A stretch of 63,817 nucleotides of DNA, filler included, from Stramenopiles sp. TOSAG23-2 (GCA_900128395.1; 32 parts of 32 records of this genome joined end to end with filler, not necessarily neighbours in it); one strand, 5' to 3'. Shown: positions 10,442-23,950, numbered from the whole stretch's first letter. Notes: generated from the sequence alone by a model not told the origin. Numbers and translations are program-made.

Positions 10442-11940
10442 ATGTATTTGAATCATGGGGAATATGCAAAAAATATAAGACATACACCAAACCGAATGAT
10501 ATCACGTTCTTTATTGTTTAATAAAGATATGGATTTGAAATGTAAGAACAATGACAACAACAACAACAACAATATCAATAATAACAATACTTATAACTTG
10601 TTAGAGAATATCATGCGTGAGGATAGTGTTACATCAATGGATTTAAACTTAACTGGCTTTTATTTGGTATGTGGGACGCGATTATCAAATATAGTATTTT
10701 ATGATGTGTTTACCAATAGCATTGGACATAATATACAATTGTATAATAAAGATACGGACAAAAAAAATAAAAATAAGAAAAAAAATGGTAAATCTTTTGT
10801 AACAAAAAAATCATTTAATAAAAAATCCATATTGACATTACAATGGACATGTAAATCAACTGATGTAATTGCTGCAACAGCATCGTATGAACTTTTTCAA
10901 ATTCATGTATTAAATAATAAAAAGATACACTTTAAAAATTTCATACCCACAAGCGCAATATTATCTATATCCACACATCCAAAAATAAATAACGTTGCAT
11001 TGATTTGTTGTTTATATGAAGTATATTTCATTAAATGGGATACAGCAGATACCGATAATAAGAAAATTATACAAGAAAAAGATCTTTTATGTTCTATATG
11101 TTTAATAAAGGACGATACTAAACAATTTAGTAATTCATTCTCAATGGCAACATTTAATAAATCTAATGGTAAATATATCTATATCAGCCAAGGGCAAATT
11201 GAAACGGCATTGCATGTCTTTGATACAGAAACCAAAAAATGTCTATATAAAGAAACAAATATATTCCATAACATATCTACATCAAATAAAAAATATGAGA
11301 AATCAATTACAGATATATGTACAAGTTTGAAATGTGATAAATATTTATTAGTTGAACGTGCATCAAGTGAATTGTTTTTATACGATGTTGAACATATTTG
11401 CAAGGAAGAGAATCATTGGTCTTGTGTGGCGCATGATAATAACAATAATGGTGAGACGTCTGGTGATGATTACAACAATTTAATATCTACAAATTTGGTT
11501 TTAACATTTGAGGATACTATTAATAAATCTAAATTTTCATCATGTGGATTTTCAACAAATGATACATACATATACGCAAGTTTAATGAAATCATATACTA
11601 TATTTGTTTGGGATATTTTTCAAGGTGGTAGGTTAATCCGTACAATCACCGATCCATCTGCAAATGATGATATATATGAAATTGCATATCATCCACATAA
11701 AGCATCTATGTTTGTTTTAACTGTGGATGGAGAAATAAGCTATTGGGATCGAAAGTTAGAACATTCATATGTGCCATATGAAGTTATAAAAGACAATTTG
11801 GAATATATTGAACGTGAAGATGAGTTTGATATTGTCCCAATATCGTCTTCTAATTCTATAAAAACAGGATCGCAAAACGAATTTAATCATATTATTAGTA
11901 AAAGGATATATACAGAAAAGAACAAGCAGAATAATATATT
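10442..11940 (+). CDS. RBBP5: WD40 protein, RBBP5/Swd1 (COMPASS subunit)-like; 3' partial
   Basis: WD repeats (IFVWD, IAYHP..ISYWD) followed by DNLEYIEREDEFD, matching the RBBP5/Swd1 EN(V/I)EYxEREDEFD motif. Confidence 0.75.
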
Positions 11941-12040
11941 NNNNNNNNNNNNNNNNNNNNNNNNNNNNNNNNNNNNNNNNNNNNTTAATTAATTAANNNN
12001 NNNNNNNNNNNNNNNNNNNNNNNNNNNNNNNNNNNNNNNN

Positions 12041-12215
12041 GTGGGCCCCGTCCAAAATTGCCTGATCTAGGTGGACCAAAATTACCAGGTCTTGGTGGTG
12101 CTTGGTTTGGCGGACCTCTACCATACATATTATTTGGTGGCTGTGCTCCGTATCCACCTTGTTGTTGCCCATAAGCATTTGGAGGTGCAGAATATTGACC
12201 TGGTGGACGATTCAT
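12041..12215 (-). CDS. 5' fragment of a protein with a P/G/Q/Y-rich low-complexity N-terminus
   Basis: MNRPPGQYSAPPNAYGQQQGGYG.. is open to the scaffold edge. Confidence 0.6.
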
Positions 12216-14417
12216 TATTATTTCGTTGTTCCTATATATTATTATTACTACCTATTACTATTTTTTTTTAACAACTTTTTCGTAATTTTAATTTACACTC
12301 TTATTATTTATCACTTTCAACGATATATATATATATATATATATTATTATTATTATTATTACTCAATGTATATATATGTTGATAACTATCTAAAGTGTAA
12401 TTTTGTTATATAATAAGTATTTAATTCTATATTATTATATTCTTGTTTTCTCTATCTGATATCTATAATATTCTATGATATATGTTATTCTATTTATAAT
12501 AATTGATATTCTCACAGTTATTATTATATGTATTATAGTACATTTATTCAATTTTATTACTTGAAAAAACACATGTAAACATATTATCAGACCTCGATGA
12601 TGATGTGTGGATATCAACTCACTCATCTGATATTATTGGGAGAGATTGATGGTATGTCCATGCTTATTATTAGTATACAGTAAACTATACATGTTGATAT
12701 ATATTGACTATCCTATATATACCCAAATGATCTTAGAAATCCAAAATGATCCTCGGTGTATAGTCGTCTACCAGTATGCGTGCGTACAGTAACTATACTA
12801 TTCCTATTTGATATAATACAGTATACAATAAACATCACAGTTGATTATTCCCCCCCCCGTCTATAAAACACAGTCGTCTATACTGTATAACAAATATGAT
12901 CATTGATACTGCACATAATAATATGGATGCATGTATTAATAGATAATTATATGTACACTCATTATACTCATTACACATATATATTCATAATATATATAAC
13001 AACAACAATAAGAATAATATTATAATTCCTTTTTATTTCATCGCAAAATATGTTATTATATATGAAAAGCAATTTTTTATTTGTTGTATTTGTTTTTGTA
13101 ATTTGTTCATTCATAATAATAGATGATTTGCCATTGCTTTTGATTGATACGATGCTTAACATATGCGATATTTTATTGTTGTTGTTAATATTATTGCGAC
13201 TATCGTTGAAACTTGCTTTTGAAAAGATGTTAATAGACTTTGTGAATTCTTTTGACATTTGTTCATCATATGGTTTTTTCGAATCAATCAGAAATATATA
13301 ATGATTTGCCATGTGTGATTTTTTTTTTGTATTCGTATAAATTGTTTGATTAATGTTTTGTTTTGTGTTGTTGTTGTTATAATGTATAAGTATGTTGATG
13401 TGTTGATATGTGATTCTATGTATCTATGTGACGACTATATCTATGTATCTACATTATAATTGTATCATACAGTATAGTCGTCGTTTATATAAATGTGTAC
13501 ATTTCAATCATATATATTATTACTTGGTATACCATATAGGTGCAGGTGTATCGTGTGCTATAATTATATGTATCGCGATCAAAAAATGAAAATAAATAAT
13601 ACAGGAATACGCACAGCAGCATACAGCACCATACAGCACCACACTGTATCACCCACCCAGATCTGATCCGGCCTGTTACCTGTTATATCACCCACAAGAA
13701 TATAAAGTACTATATATAGGATATTACACAAGTACATATATTAAGTATACTATAATAAAACACCAACTTTTATTATTCCTCAAACTCCCTCCACCATTGA
13801 TCCGCCCTCACCAGAATTATATATATATATATATATATTATATGACATCTATGATATCTATAGATATACAACATATGATGTACATAGACTGAGTGACACA
13901 GATAGAACAAACATATATCATAGAAAAGAACAAGATATATATATNNNNNNNNNNNNNNNNNNNNNNNNNNNNNNNNNNNNNNNNNNNNTTAATTAATTAA
14001 NNNNNNNNNNNNNNNNNNNNNNNNNNNNNNNNNNNNNNNNNNNNTTTAAATATCTCCTCATTTATGGTATTGTAAATAGTATTTCACACCTATCTAATTT
14101 ATACTTATCATAAGTTGGGTGATTTTTGCAACTTCACACATTTTAATTTTTCTTCTTCATCACAGCTCGCATAACACACGCCTCTCTGTCTGACTCAAAT
14201 GCAACCAAATTCTCTGCCGTTAATAACTTAAATATATAATGTAGAAAATGTATAGTGATGACAAGAGGGAGAGTAGTAATATCATCCATTTATTTATAGA
14301 GGAACATTGCAATTATAATAGATATATTGGTAAATTATTCGAATAATAATAAAATTATATTTCTTTCAAGACCAATACAGTATTTTCTCTCTATTATTTT
14401 TCTAATCTATAACAGAT

Positions 14418-15323
14418 ATGGCACGGAAACATAATCCATTCAATTTTAGTAATATTAAAAATTTTCGGCTTGTGGCACCTACTTCTTTGACAGGGAATAA
14501 AATACAGTTGTATAGGACAGCAAATTTTTCAAACATCCATGAAGCAGACTTATTTAGTAATATTAAAAATTTTCGGCTTGTGGCACCTACTTCTTTGACA
14601 GGGAATAAAATACAGTTGTATAGGACAGCAAATTTTTCAAACATCCATGAAGCAGACTTAAACAAATTGGAGAAAGAAATAGGTTTAAAAACATACATTG
14701 ATTTGAGGTCGAATACTTCATATTGGGAAAAAAATGAAATGGAAAAGCTTGTAGAGAAATTAGCTCCTCGTAATATTCAATATGTTAACGTGGCTGTTGC
14801 GACTGATTTACAACCTTTGGATTCTTCAAAATTTCCTGAAGTCAAAGCATATGGGAAAACAAATGCAAGATATGATCGATATAATGATCCGACCAGACAT
14901 GCTGATTTTCTTGCAAAATACATGGTATTTGTTTGTAAATATAACGGGCACCTGATAAGAGAAGTATTGCATACCATGTCCATACCATCTAATTATCCAT
15001 TAGTTTTTGGTTGCCATGCTGGAAAAGATCGGACTGGATTGATTGCTGCTTTAGTTTTAAGTTTATGTGGATTAAATAAGCAAGATATAATGGATGATTA
15101 TATTTTAAGTAACGAAGGGTGGGGAGAAATGGATTCAAATACAAAAACATCAAGTGTATATCCAGAGAGCTTAAATGCAGTCTTTGAATGGATTGAAAGT
15201 AATCATGGAAGCGTGACTAATTATTGTAATAGTATTGGCATTACAAATGCTGAAATTCAAAATATTGTGAAAATATGTACGCATAGTGATATTATAAATG
15301 GATTACCATTGGCAAAGTTGTAG
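14418..15323 (+). CDS. Protein-tyrosine/lipid phosphatase (Y_phosphatase3, IphP/PtpB-like), C-terminal PTS1 -AKL
   Basis: NFR..LYRTA..IDLRS..PLVFGCHAGKDRTG (CX5R)..DYILSN; ends LAKL. Contains an exact in-frame 108-bp duplication. Confidence 0.88.
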   Translation: MARKHNPFNFSNIKNFRLVAPTSLTGNKIQLYRTANFSNIHEADLFSNIKNFRLVAPTSLTGNKIQLYRTANFSNIHEADLNKLEKEIGLKTYIDLRSNTSYWEKNEMEKLVEKLAPRNIQYVNVAVATDLQPLDSSKFPEVKAYGKTNARYDRYNDPTRHADFLAKYMVFVCKYNGHLIREVLHTMSIPSNYPLVFGCHAGKDRTGLIAALVLSLCGLNKQDIMDDYILSNEGWGEMDSNTKTSSVYPESLNAVFEWIESNHGSVTNYCNSIGITNAEIQNIVKICTHSDIINGLPLAKL

Positions 15324-15618
15324 AGCGTGTGCGTGTATTTTTAATACGCTCTCGTATTTTAAAAAACAACTGTAAAATATTATATTAATGCGTGATATGT
15401 GTGCGTGTAAATATTTAAATAGTGTGTACGCATAGTGATATTATAAATGGATTACCATTGGCAAAGTTGTAGAGCGTGTGCGTGTATTTTTAATACGCTC
15501 TCGTATTTTAAAAAACAACTGTAAAATATTATATTAATGCGTGATATGTGTGCGTGTAAATATTTAAATAGTGTTGGCAAAATAATTTTTTAGAAAAAAA
15601 AAATTAATTTTTTACCAA

Positions 15619-15947
15619 TCAAAAACTTCCACCGCCACTAGAAGAGCTTTTAAATGAACCCATTTCCACAAACGATTCAACACCATCCCTACCACTTTGA
15701 GTACTACGACGATAGACAACATCATTTTCAAACCCTTCATCATCATTTTTATCATTAAATTCAGTATAACTTTGTGGTGTATATTTACCTCGAAAGCCAC
15801 CCAACCATTCATTTTGAAAACGGCAAATTACTACGCCACAAAAAGATAAAGTAATAATACCAACAAATACCAACAAGATAATCATTCCTGCAGAAAGTGG
15901 TTTGTTAATATTGCATTGAATGATTTTACTTTCTTCACCTAATATTT
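15619..15947 (-). CDS. 3' fragment of a single-pass membrane protein
   Basis: Open frame from the scaffold edge through a TM helix (MIILLVFVGIITLSFCGVVIC) and a cytosolic tail. Confidence 0.55.
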
Positions 15948-16934
15948 NNNNNNNNNNNNNNNNNNNNNNNNNNNNNNNNNNNNNNNNNNNNTTAATTAAT
16001 TAANNNNNNNNNNNNNNNNNNNNNNNNNNNNNNNNNNNNNNNNNNNNAAAAAATTATTGGCTGATCTATATATCTTATATCGTGATGCACGGCCGAATTG
16101 TATATATGTATCAAAAATAATGCGTGAAGTATTTATGACGACTATATGTGGCAGGTTTAAAAGTTTTAAAATATATATATATATATGTTATATATATAAT
16201 ACAACAAATTTTTAATTTCTTTTGATCTTATTATTATTCCTTATACAAAAACAACCTGGTGAATCGTATATACATAGACACATACGATTAGAATATATTT
16301 GATAGGTATATATATTATATTTAGTATAAATTCAATAAAAAGAGAGGGTTAGGATCAGGGTTAGTAATACCATTGCAATTCCATGTTATTGTAGTGTAGA
16401 TATTCCTATAGCAGAGGTGAATACGATCCACCAGGTTTTGAAGAAGTCTGATTTGAAATTTGGTGATCTGGTGCTCTGTTGTGCACTGGTGTCTGGTGTC
16501 TACATTTTGGTGCCGTCGGTAAAAAAATCGCAGCCGGCGGCTCAAACTGTCAAATAATGATATGTCTACATGTATTGTAATGGTATTTATGTTCGCCTTC
16601 TGTAAAAAAATCGCAGCATGAATTCCAAAATATTTATTCTAAAAATAGCCGAATAATATGGAGTTGAGTGCAGATTTTCAGTACAATACAATATTTGTAG
16701 AGAAATGTTATGATTAATGCCTATGAGATTATTTGATCGCATGCCATAGTCACGTGCGCGTTTGAATTGAAATATGGAGTAGCAATATAATATACAAAAT
16801 ATAATATTACGTATATATAAATATACAGTTATCAAAATTTTTTATTTCACCGCCCGCTTATTTTTTTCTCCAGCAAATAATATTTTTAAACATATTGTTC
16901 AATCATTTCTTTTTTTTTTAAAGAAATATTAACA

Positions 16935-17949
16935 TCATTCATAGCAGGGTTCTACTCTAAATGTATCTGAATCGCCTGGAACAATATAAATAGATTGTTC
17001 CCCTATTACTTTTTCACGATTATGTAAATTAACCAAATCATCCAAATGTATCAAAGTGCCTATATCATTGTCTTCCTTTTTTGCATTGTTATTACGGTTG
17101 CTATTTAATTGAGAGATGGCGTCGTAATGTTCAACTAAATTCTTTTTAAATACCGTATCAAGATTATTTTCATTTTCTTTACCTATAACAAGCATTACGT
17201 ATTTTTTGCGATTTCTATCTAATTTTGGTCTTGTTCTTGCTTTCTTGTTCCTTTTTCGTTGTTGTAAACATGTTGGTAGATTCAAAATTGATGGTGGTCG
17301 TGGAAAAATGCTCGGTGCTATTTTAGTTGGAATTGCAACATTGGTTTTATCCAATGACAAATTGTCTGTGGATATTGAATTACTTATCATTGCAATTCCA
17401 CGCCCACAATAATTACTTTTGGAATGACCATTTTCTGTGCATAGGGGAAAACAACGCAAACTTTTCACTCCACCTTTTTTATTGTTACGTTTATAAACAT
17501 TGATAAATTCATTTACAAATTGAAAATTAATATCGGATACAATTCGTTTAAAATTTTTCATTCTAGGCGTATTATAGGAACGACTACTTTGTTGTTCTTC
17601 ATGTTGCTCTCCTTGATCTTCCTCTCGTATTTGTGGGGCTGATATTCTCAATAAAGAGTCTTGTGATATGGTTCTCTCCATTGTTGAATTATCACTACTA
17701 TTGCCATCGATTTCCAACACACCGTTACTAATTGCTTTTTCTGTCGAACCATTACTACTATTGGCATAGCCTATTTCTAACATATCTTTATCCCGGTTTG
17801 CATGATGTATATCTTCATGTTGTTCTTCTTGATCTTTCTTTCGTATTTGTGGCGCTGATATTCTCAATAAAGAGTCTCTGGTTATGGTTCTTGCCATTGT
17901 TTGTGAACCATTACTACTATTGTCACCAATTTCCAACACACCGTTTTGG
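16935..17949 (-). CDS. Hypothetical protein with a Cys/His motif (YKRNNKKGGVKSLRCFPLCTENGHSKSNYCG) and N-terminal repeats; 5' partial
   Basis: 334+ aa open frame, repeated LEI..NSS..TISQDSLLRISAPQIR units, and a C-x3-C-x4-H-x5-C motif. Confidence 0.6.
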
Positions 17950-18050
17950 NNNNNNNNNNNNNNNNNNNNNNNNNNNNNNNNNNNNNNNNNNNNTTAATTA
18001 ATTAANNNNNNNNNNNNNNNNNNNNNNNNNNNNNNNNNNNNNNNNNNNNA

Positions 18051-18758
18051 TACAACTTCCGGTCTTTTCCCTGACGAGGGAAAAGACCGAGGGAAAAGAC
18101 CGGTAGGTACATAGTGTGTCCATGCTAGATTTAGGGAAAAGACCGATCATATTTCTAGGATGGACACACCATGGGACCTTCCGGTCTTTTCCCTTGGTCT
18201 TTTCCCTCAGGGAAAAGACCGGAATTCCAGCATAGTCTATTTTACTATGTAGGGAAAAGACGCATCTCAGGGAAAAGACCGATTTTAAGCACTTGCTGTG
18301 TTCATATGAGTTTTGGGAAAAGACCGCTAAGGAGAACACAACATTACAACTTCCGGTAGGTACATAGTGTGTCCATGCTAGATTTAGGAAAAAGACCGAT
18401 CATATTTCTAGGATGGACACACCATTGGACCTTCCGGTCTTTTCCCTTGGTCTTTTCCCTCAGGGAAAAGACCGGAATTCCAGCATAGTCTATTTTACTA
18501 GTAGGGAAAAGACCGCATCTCAGGGAAAAGACCGATTTTAAGCACTTGCTGTGTTCATATGAGTTTTGGGAAAAGACCGCTAAGGAGAACACAACATTAC
18601 AACTTCCGGTCTTTTCCCTGACCGAGGGAAAAGACCGAGGGAAAAGACCGGTAGGTACATAGTGTGTCCATGCTAGATTTAGGGAAAAGACCGATCATAT
18701 TTCTAGGATGGACAAACCATTGGACCTTCCGGTCTTTTCCCTTGGTCTTTTCCCTCAG
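18051..18758. repeat. Complex tandem repeat (250-295 bp units, about 2.5 copies) built from about 23 copies of GGAAAAGACC in both orientations
   Basis: Units start at 18051, 18345 and 18598. GGAAAAGACC/GGTCTTTTCC copies were counted by eye, including 2 variants. Confidence 0.9.
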
Positions 18759-19125
18759 TAGAGTAATGTAGCTTTTAAACCTGCAATCCAGCAATCACTC
18801 CCTAAATGCCCCTCCGATTTTAAACCCTAAATTTTTTGATTTAAGTACAATATTAGTATACTACAGTATAAGCGGTAAGCACGTAACAACTGGATAAGAA
18901 GCGGCCGGTCGTCTGAAAATCGAAAATCGACGACGCGACGATGTAAAAAAACAACATGTTAAAATTTCGAACTAAAAAAGTACATTTTATTTGAAAAGTA
19001 TTATTATTTGCACATCATATTCAACAAGGAGAAGAAATATTACAATTGTTCAGAAAGAAATCGTTACTATCAATAGTATTATTATTATACATGTATTAAT
19101 CACTGAACAACAGTAACAATTAAAA

Positions 19126-19950
19126 ATGGTTGATTATAGTCGTTGGGATAAAATAATTGAAGAAGAAGAAAAAGCGGAACAATCAAAAAAGTTAACACAA
19201 GATTTAATTAAAATACAACAAGAAAAACCTGAAGCAATTCAAAAAATGAAAGAGGAACTAGAAGCTATGAAAATAAATGCTTTAAAGGTAAAAAACAACC
19301 AAAAACAGAGTGGTAATGCCGGTGATATGAAAAAGACTTTTAATAGCCAAGCTGATGTGATGCGTAGTGAATTAGAACGGTTAAAAAAAGAACAGGAGAA
19401 AATGGATGCAAAACAGAAAGAGTTAGAGCAGTTAGCTAGTGCAGGAGATGGTGCTTCGATATTGAAATTTTTTGAAGCTCAAGGACTAAGCCGTGAAGAT
19501 ATGCAACGTATGTTAGGTGGAAATAATGATGATTCTAAATCTGTAATTGAAAAAGCACAAAAGGCAAATGTTAAACTCGATCCAGAAAAAGAAAAACAAA
19601 TAGAACAATCTTTACAAATTGCAGAAGAAGTTAGTGCTATAGTTACAGGCGATGACAAGCTGGTAAAACAAAAAGCAGAAGAAGCTGATGAAAAAAGAAA
19701 AGCGAAAGAAAAAGAAGAACAAGATGATCGTAATAATAAAATTGTACAAATAATAATTCCAGAATATATTCAAAAAATTAGGAAGAAAAAAAATGAAGTA
19801 GTAATTACTGTAAATTTGCCAAAATTAAATGGACCTCAAAATTGTTTATTGGATGTATCTGCAACAACATTTCGTTTACGAGCTGAAGTGATTGGTGATA
19901 ATAATAATAATAATAAAAATGACCAAACACCAACAGCAGAGGAGACACTC
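19126..19950 (+). CDS. Putative Hsp90 co-chaperone-like protein: DYSxWD N-terminal motif, coiled coil, PIH1-type CS-like domain; 3' partial
   Basis: MVDYSRWDKI resembles the Cdc37 N-terminus; VVITVNLPKLNGPQNCLLDVSATTFRL resembles PIH1/kintoun CS domains. Confidence 0.55.
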
Positions 19951-20880
19951 NNNNNNNNNNNNNNNNNNNNNNNNNNNNNNNNNNNNNNNNNNNNTTAATT
20001 AATTAANNNNNNNNNNNNNNNNNNNNNNNNNNNNNNNNNNNNNNNNNNNNATTTGTATAATATGCATAATGCTGAGATTAGACAAGAAGTTTTTGGTGAA
20101 AATAACGCTCGACAACGATCGCCTTGAATGTGGAGATGTGTGCCAGAAATATACGAGAAGTACTCGTACACGAGAGTAATATAATATTTTGAGCGCGAGA
20201 TATATATATATAGAGAGCACTGTATATAATATATATATGTAAGATTAATTATTCTCAAGAGATATGATAGTAATATCATATCGTCTCTCATTAAAATCTA
20301 AGGATCTACTCGAACAAAGAGAATATATAAAATATTATACGAAGCTTCGTACACACACCCACAGTATGATTAATTATTTTATGATATTGTTTTTTTATCA
20401 TACACACACCATTTCTAAATGTTTTATTTTCCTATTCACACATTACATACCATATCATAATATTATTTCTTTTTTCACTAACACATTTTATCAAATATCC
20501 TAATTTCTATATACTAAATCATTTCTCTAACACACACCATTTCTAAATGTTTTATTTTCCTATTCACACATTACATACCATATCATAATATTATTTCTTT
20601 TTTCACTAACACATTTTATCAAATATCCTAATTTCTATATACTAAATCATTTCTCTATAAATTTCTATCACTATATACATTATATACACTACAATTGCTA
20701 TTTATTATTACCTATTATTTACGTATCTATATTTTCGCATATATATATCATACGACACTATACTAATCTTATATTCTAACTTTTTCTATCTATCATTTCA
20801 TTATTATTATTATATTATTATTATTATTATTATCTAACTATTTTCGAAGGTTACATTTGTTTTTCATTTAATAAATTTTT

Positions 20881-21318
20881 TTAAAAAATACCTTCAAGGG
20901 ATGCGCCGCCAGTGCCGTTATTTGCACGTGCTTGCCTGTTTGTTTGCTGGATGGAACGGATTGCAGCAGAATGATCCCCGAATTTGTTCACGTTTGCAAA
21001 TCTATCATCAACACCACCAGTTTGTTGCCAAAGTGAAGTGTTTGGTTGTGCTTTTTTCTTTTTCTTTCCACCGAAACCAGCGCCACCCTGAACATCGTCC
21101 CATGGTGCAGGTACACGTTGCTGTTGCATAACATTTTCTTTCACTGGCAATTCAGAATCTGTTGCCCATGGACATACGCTACGTGGTTTGGTCTTTCTTG
21201 TTTTCACGACAACAGTTTCCGCTTGACCCCACGGACATGTATTTTTTACTTGTCCTTTTGCAAATTTTTTTGAGGTAGCTTGTGCCTCGTTATCGTTACC
21301 CCATGGAAATGATGACAT
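20881..21318 (-). CDS. Hypothetical 145-aa protein with repeated xPW motifs
   Basis: Complete GC-enriched ORF in an AT-rich context, containing FPWG, CPWG, CPWAT and APWD. Confidence 0.7.
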   Translation of the reverse strand: MSSFPWGNDNEAQATSKKFAKGQVKNTCPWGQAETVVVKTRKTKPRSVCPWATDSELPVKENVMQQQRVPAPWDDVQGGAGFGGKKKKKAQPNTSLWQQTGGVDDRFANVNKFGDHSAAIRSIQQTNRQARANNGTGGASLEGIF

Positions 21319-22050
21319 ATTGTTTGTTTCTTTTATTTTTTAATATTGTTTGTTAATATTGGTTTTATTATTGATATGTTTATGTATATTTTTTGATAAA
21401 TATATATGTATATATATGTTTCTACATCCTTCCCGTTATACTATATATTGTTTACAAAAGTCTATAGTTTGGTTTTATTATTGATATGTTTATGTATATT
21501 TTTTGATAAATATATATGTATATATATGTTTCTACATCCTTCCCGTTATACTATATATTGTTTACAAAAGTCTATAGTACTGTGTGAGGTAATAAATAAT
21601 TTTATTCTACAAAATCGAAAAAGGCGTCTTTCACTAATTGAAAGTACTTTTAGCATAGCCACAACATTAGCATTGTCCAGTGTTCTAAAATTATTTTTAG
21701 CTGCTCTTTTTCAAAGCAGTATAGCTAACTGCCACATTTAGCGACGTCTCTGGTAGTGTTATTTATATGCTATGCAGCAGCATGGATATACTATTAATAC
21801 TAAATACGCGGAAGATTTGACTTCCTTATTTTTTACAAAAACTCTTAAAAAATTCATTCTAATAATAAATAATTCAAAAAAAAGAGAAGATTTTATATAT
21901 TGTAGATCATAATATACGTCGTTATAAATAGAAAGAAAGTGATGAGATATNNNNNNNNNNNNNNNNNNNNNNNNNNNNNNNNNNNNNNNNNNNNTTAATT
22001 AATTAANNNNNNNNNNNNNNNNNNNNNNNNNNNNNNNNNNNNNNNNNNNN

Positions 22051-23950
22051 TTGACTTGCAAATGACTTCTAGAGTGGTATTTGCCATTTTGAATATTATC
22101 TTCTATTTCATTGCTGAATATTTCTAAACTATCATGCTCACTATCATACTCTCGTATTTGATCAAAGCAATATTTGATGCTAACCCGTGTTATTTCAGCT
22201 GAATCAACAAGTAAATTTCCATCAGCTTTCAATCTTGCAGTTCTTCGCATAATCGATTGGTATAATTGATAAGATGCAGTAAAATGTGGATTGTACCTAC
22301 GCGGAAAGACATCTGGATCTGTACATGGTGCACCATCTAAATTCAAAAATTCTCCTCTGCTCATTACAAAATGGCGCTGGCCACTTCCAAATAATAATCG
22401 TTTTCCAGCATTTATTACATTCATTAACCCGGAAATTAAACTTCTATTTTCTTTCTCTTCTTTCTGATTTTCCCAATACATCTTAGCTTTCAAATCAAAT
22501 GCTTTCATCCATTTTTCATACCTTGAAGCAGTGAAGAAAATCTTTCTAGGAATTAAACGATAAGCATCGTCGTGATAATTTGCATCTAATTTTCTATTAT
22601 GAGTCAAATATGTATAATACCTGTGTTGAATGTGATCATATTGTTTTACATTGTCACCATACAAAAATCCTAATATCGTAAACATTACTAAGCCATCATA
22701 ATTATACATTTCATGAGAATGGAACGCATCTTCAATAATTTTTCGAATGAGTTGAGTGTAATGTGGTGGCTTTAAATTGTTGGTCAATTGAACAATGTGA
22801 TTTGAAATTGTTGGGAAATCAATCTCTGGTTCATCTAGGCCATTCCTCCACTTCTCTAGTTCATTCAAAGCAGAAAAAAATGCGGTGGCTTCAAATTGTT
22901 GGTCAATTGAACAATGTGATTTGAAATTGTTGGGAAATCAATCTCTGGTTCATCTAGGCCATTCCTCCACTTCTCTAGTTCATTCAAAGCAGAAAAATCA
23001 TATACAAAGGAAGACCTATAATTTTCGCATAATATTTTTCTTTCCAGTTTAAGAACTGCTTTTGCAAGGAACACGGGCGTATTAATCTTCAATAAATATT
23101 TTCTAGATTTGCTCTTTCGTTTGCTTTTGAACGTAGTTAAATCATCATCCAGTAGCAATTTTGTCTCCAGAGTAAACAAATGCCTCAACGATTGGGTTAA
23201 TCCTGATAGTTTAAGAACTGCTTTTGCAAGGAACACGGGCGTATTAATCTTCAATAAATATTTTCTAGATTTGCTCTTTCGTTTGCTTTTGAACGTAGTT
23301 AAATCATCATCCAGTAGCAATTTTGTCTCCAGAGTAAACAAATGCCTCAACGATTGGGTTAATCCTGATCTCCGTTTGAAAGCTTTTCGTTCTTCAACTG
23401 CATCATATCGAAGCTTCAATGCCACTACTATCGCAATCATCATGATTATAATAGATGAAATTAACCATGGGATTAGATAATTTTTGCCATTATCATCTTC
23501 ACCATCGCCAGTAATACCCTTGTCAATATACATAAAAATACATCCACATAAACCTATTAATGAGCTAGCACTATGCAATGGAATAATCCAAGGAACGCTG
23601 GACGGATTTCGATGAAATATAGCAAAGTAACAAAGGTTCCATATAACTATGACAGCAAATATAATAATTGCCCCGATTGCGACCACATTGATATCATCGT
23701 CTTCACCATTATGGAATATCAGGCACAGGAATAGAAATATTGTAGATAAAACGTGTGACATTAAATTATATAATTCTGTATATTGAATATCGTGACCAAC
23801 ATCTGTTGTTTCTGCCCTTACTGTTTCTTCCGCACCGCGATTTTTAGTTGATTCTGCAAGTGTTGTAAATAGAAAATAAACCATTCCAATTATAACACAC
23901 GTTAATAAATCTTTTGCTGGAATTCTACCGGTGTAATCAGGCTGAGATGG
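22051..23950 (-). CDS. Hypothetical multi-pass membrane protein, partial at both ends; probably one gene split by duplication artefacts
   Basis: ORFs 22865..23884 and 21999..22868 share a duplicated 120-bp segment (NELEKWRNG..PPH). Several TM helices are present. Confidence 0.65.

Noticed and set aside
14445-14660. Exact tandem duplications of about 50-160 bp (also near 15280-15573, 20402-20657, 21360-21577, 22763-22995, 23046-23368, 46350-46610, 47366-47478)
   Set aside because: The copies are near-identical and read-length scale, occur in many scaffolds, and some break conserved genes such as the rhomboid. They are most likely gap-closing artefacts.
16345-16365. Telomere-like AGGGTTAG/TAACCCT motifs (also near 18820, 55975, 62670)
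   Set aside because: Only one or two isolated units each; there is no telomeric array.
16929-16937. TGA-TGT-TAA at the end of the 16935 ORF as a possible Sec-Cys terminus
   Set aside because: No recognisable selenoprotein family context and no SECIS seen downstream.
18051-18758. CRISPR array
   Set aside because: The repeat is only 10 bp, occurs in both orientations with irregular spacers that are themselves repeated, and sits in a eukaryotic context with no cas genes.
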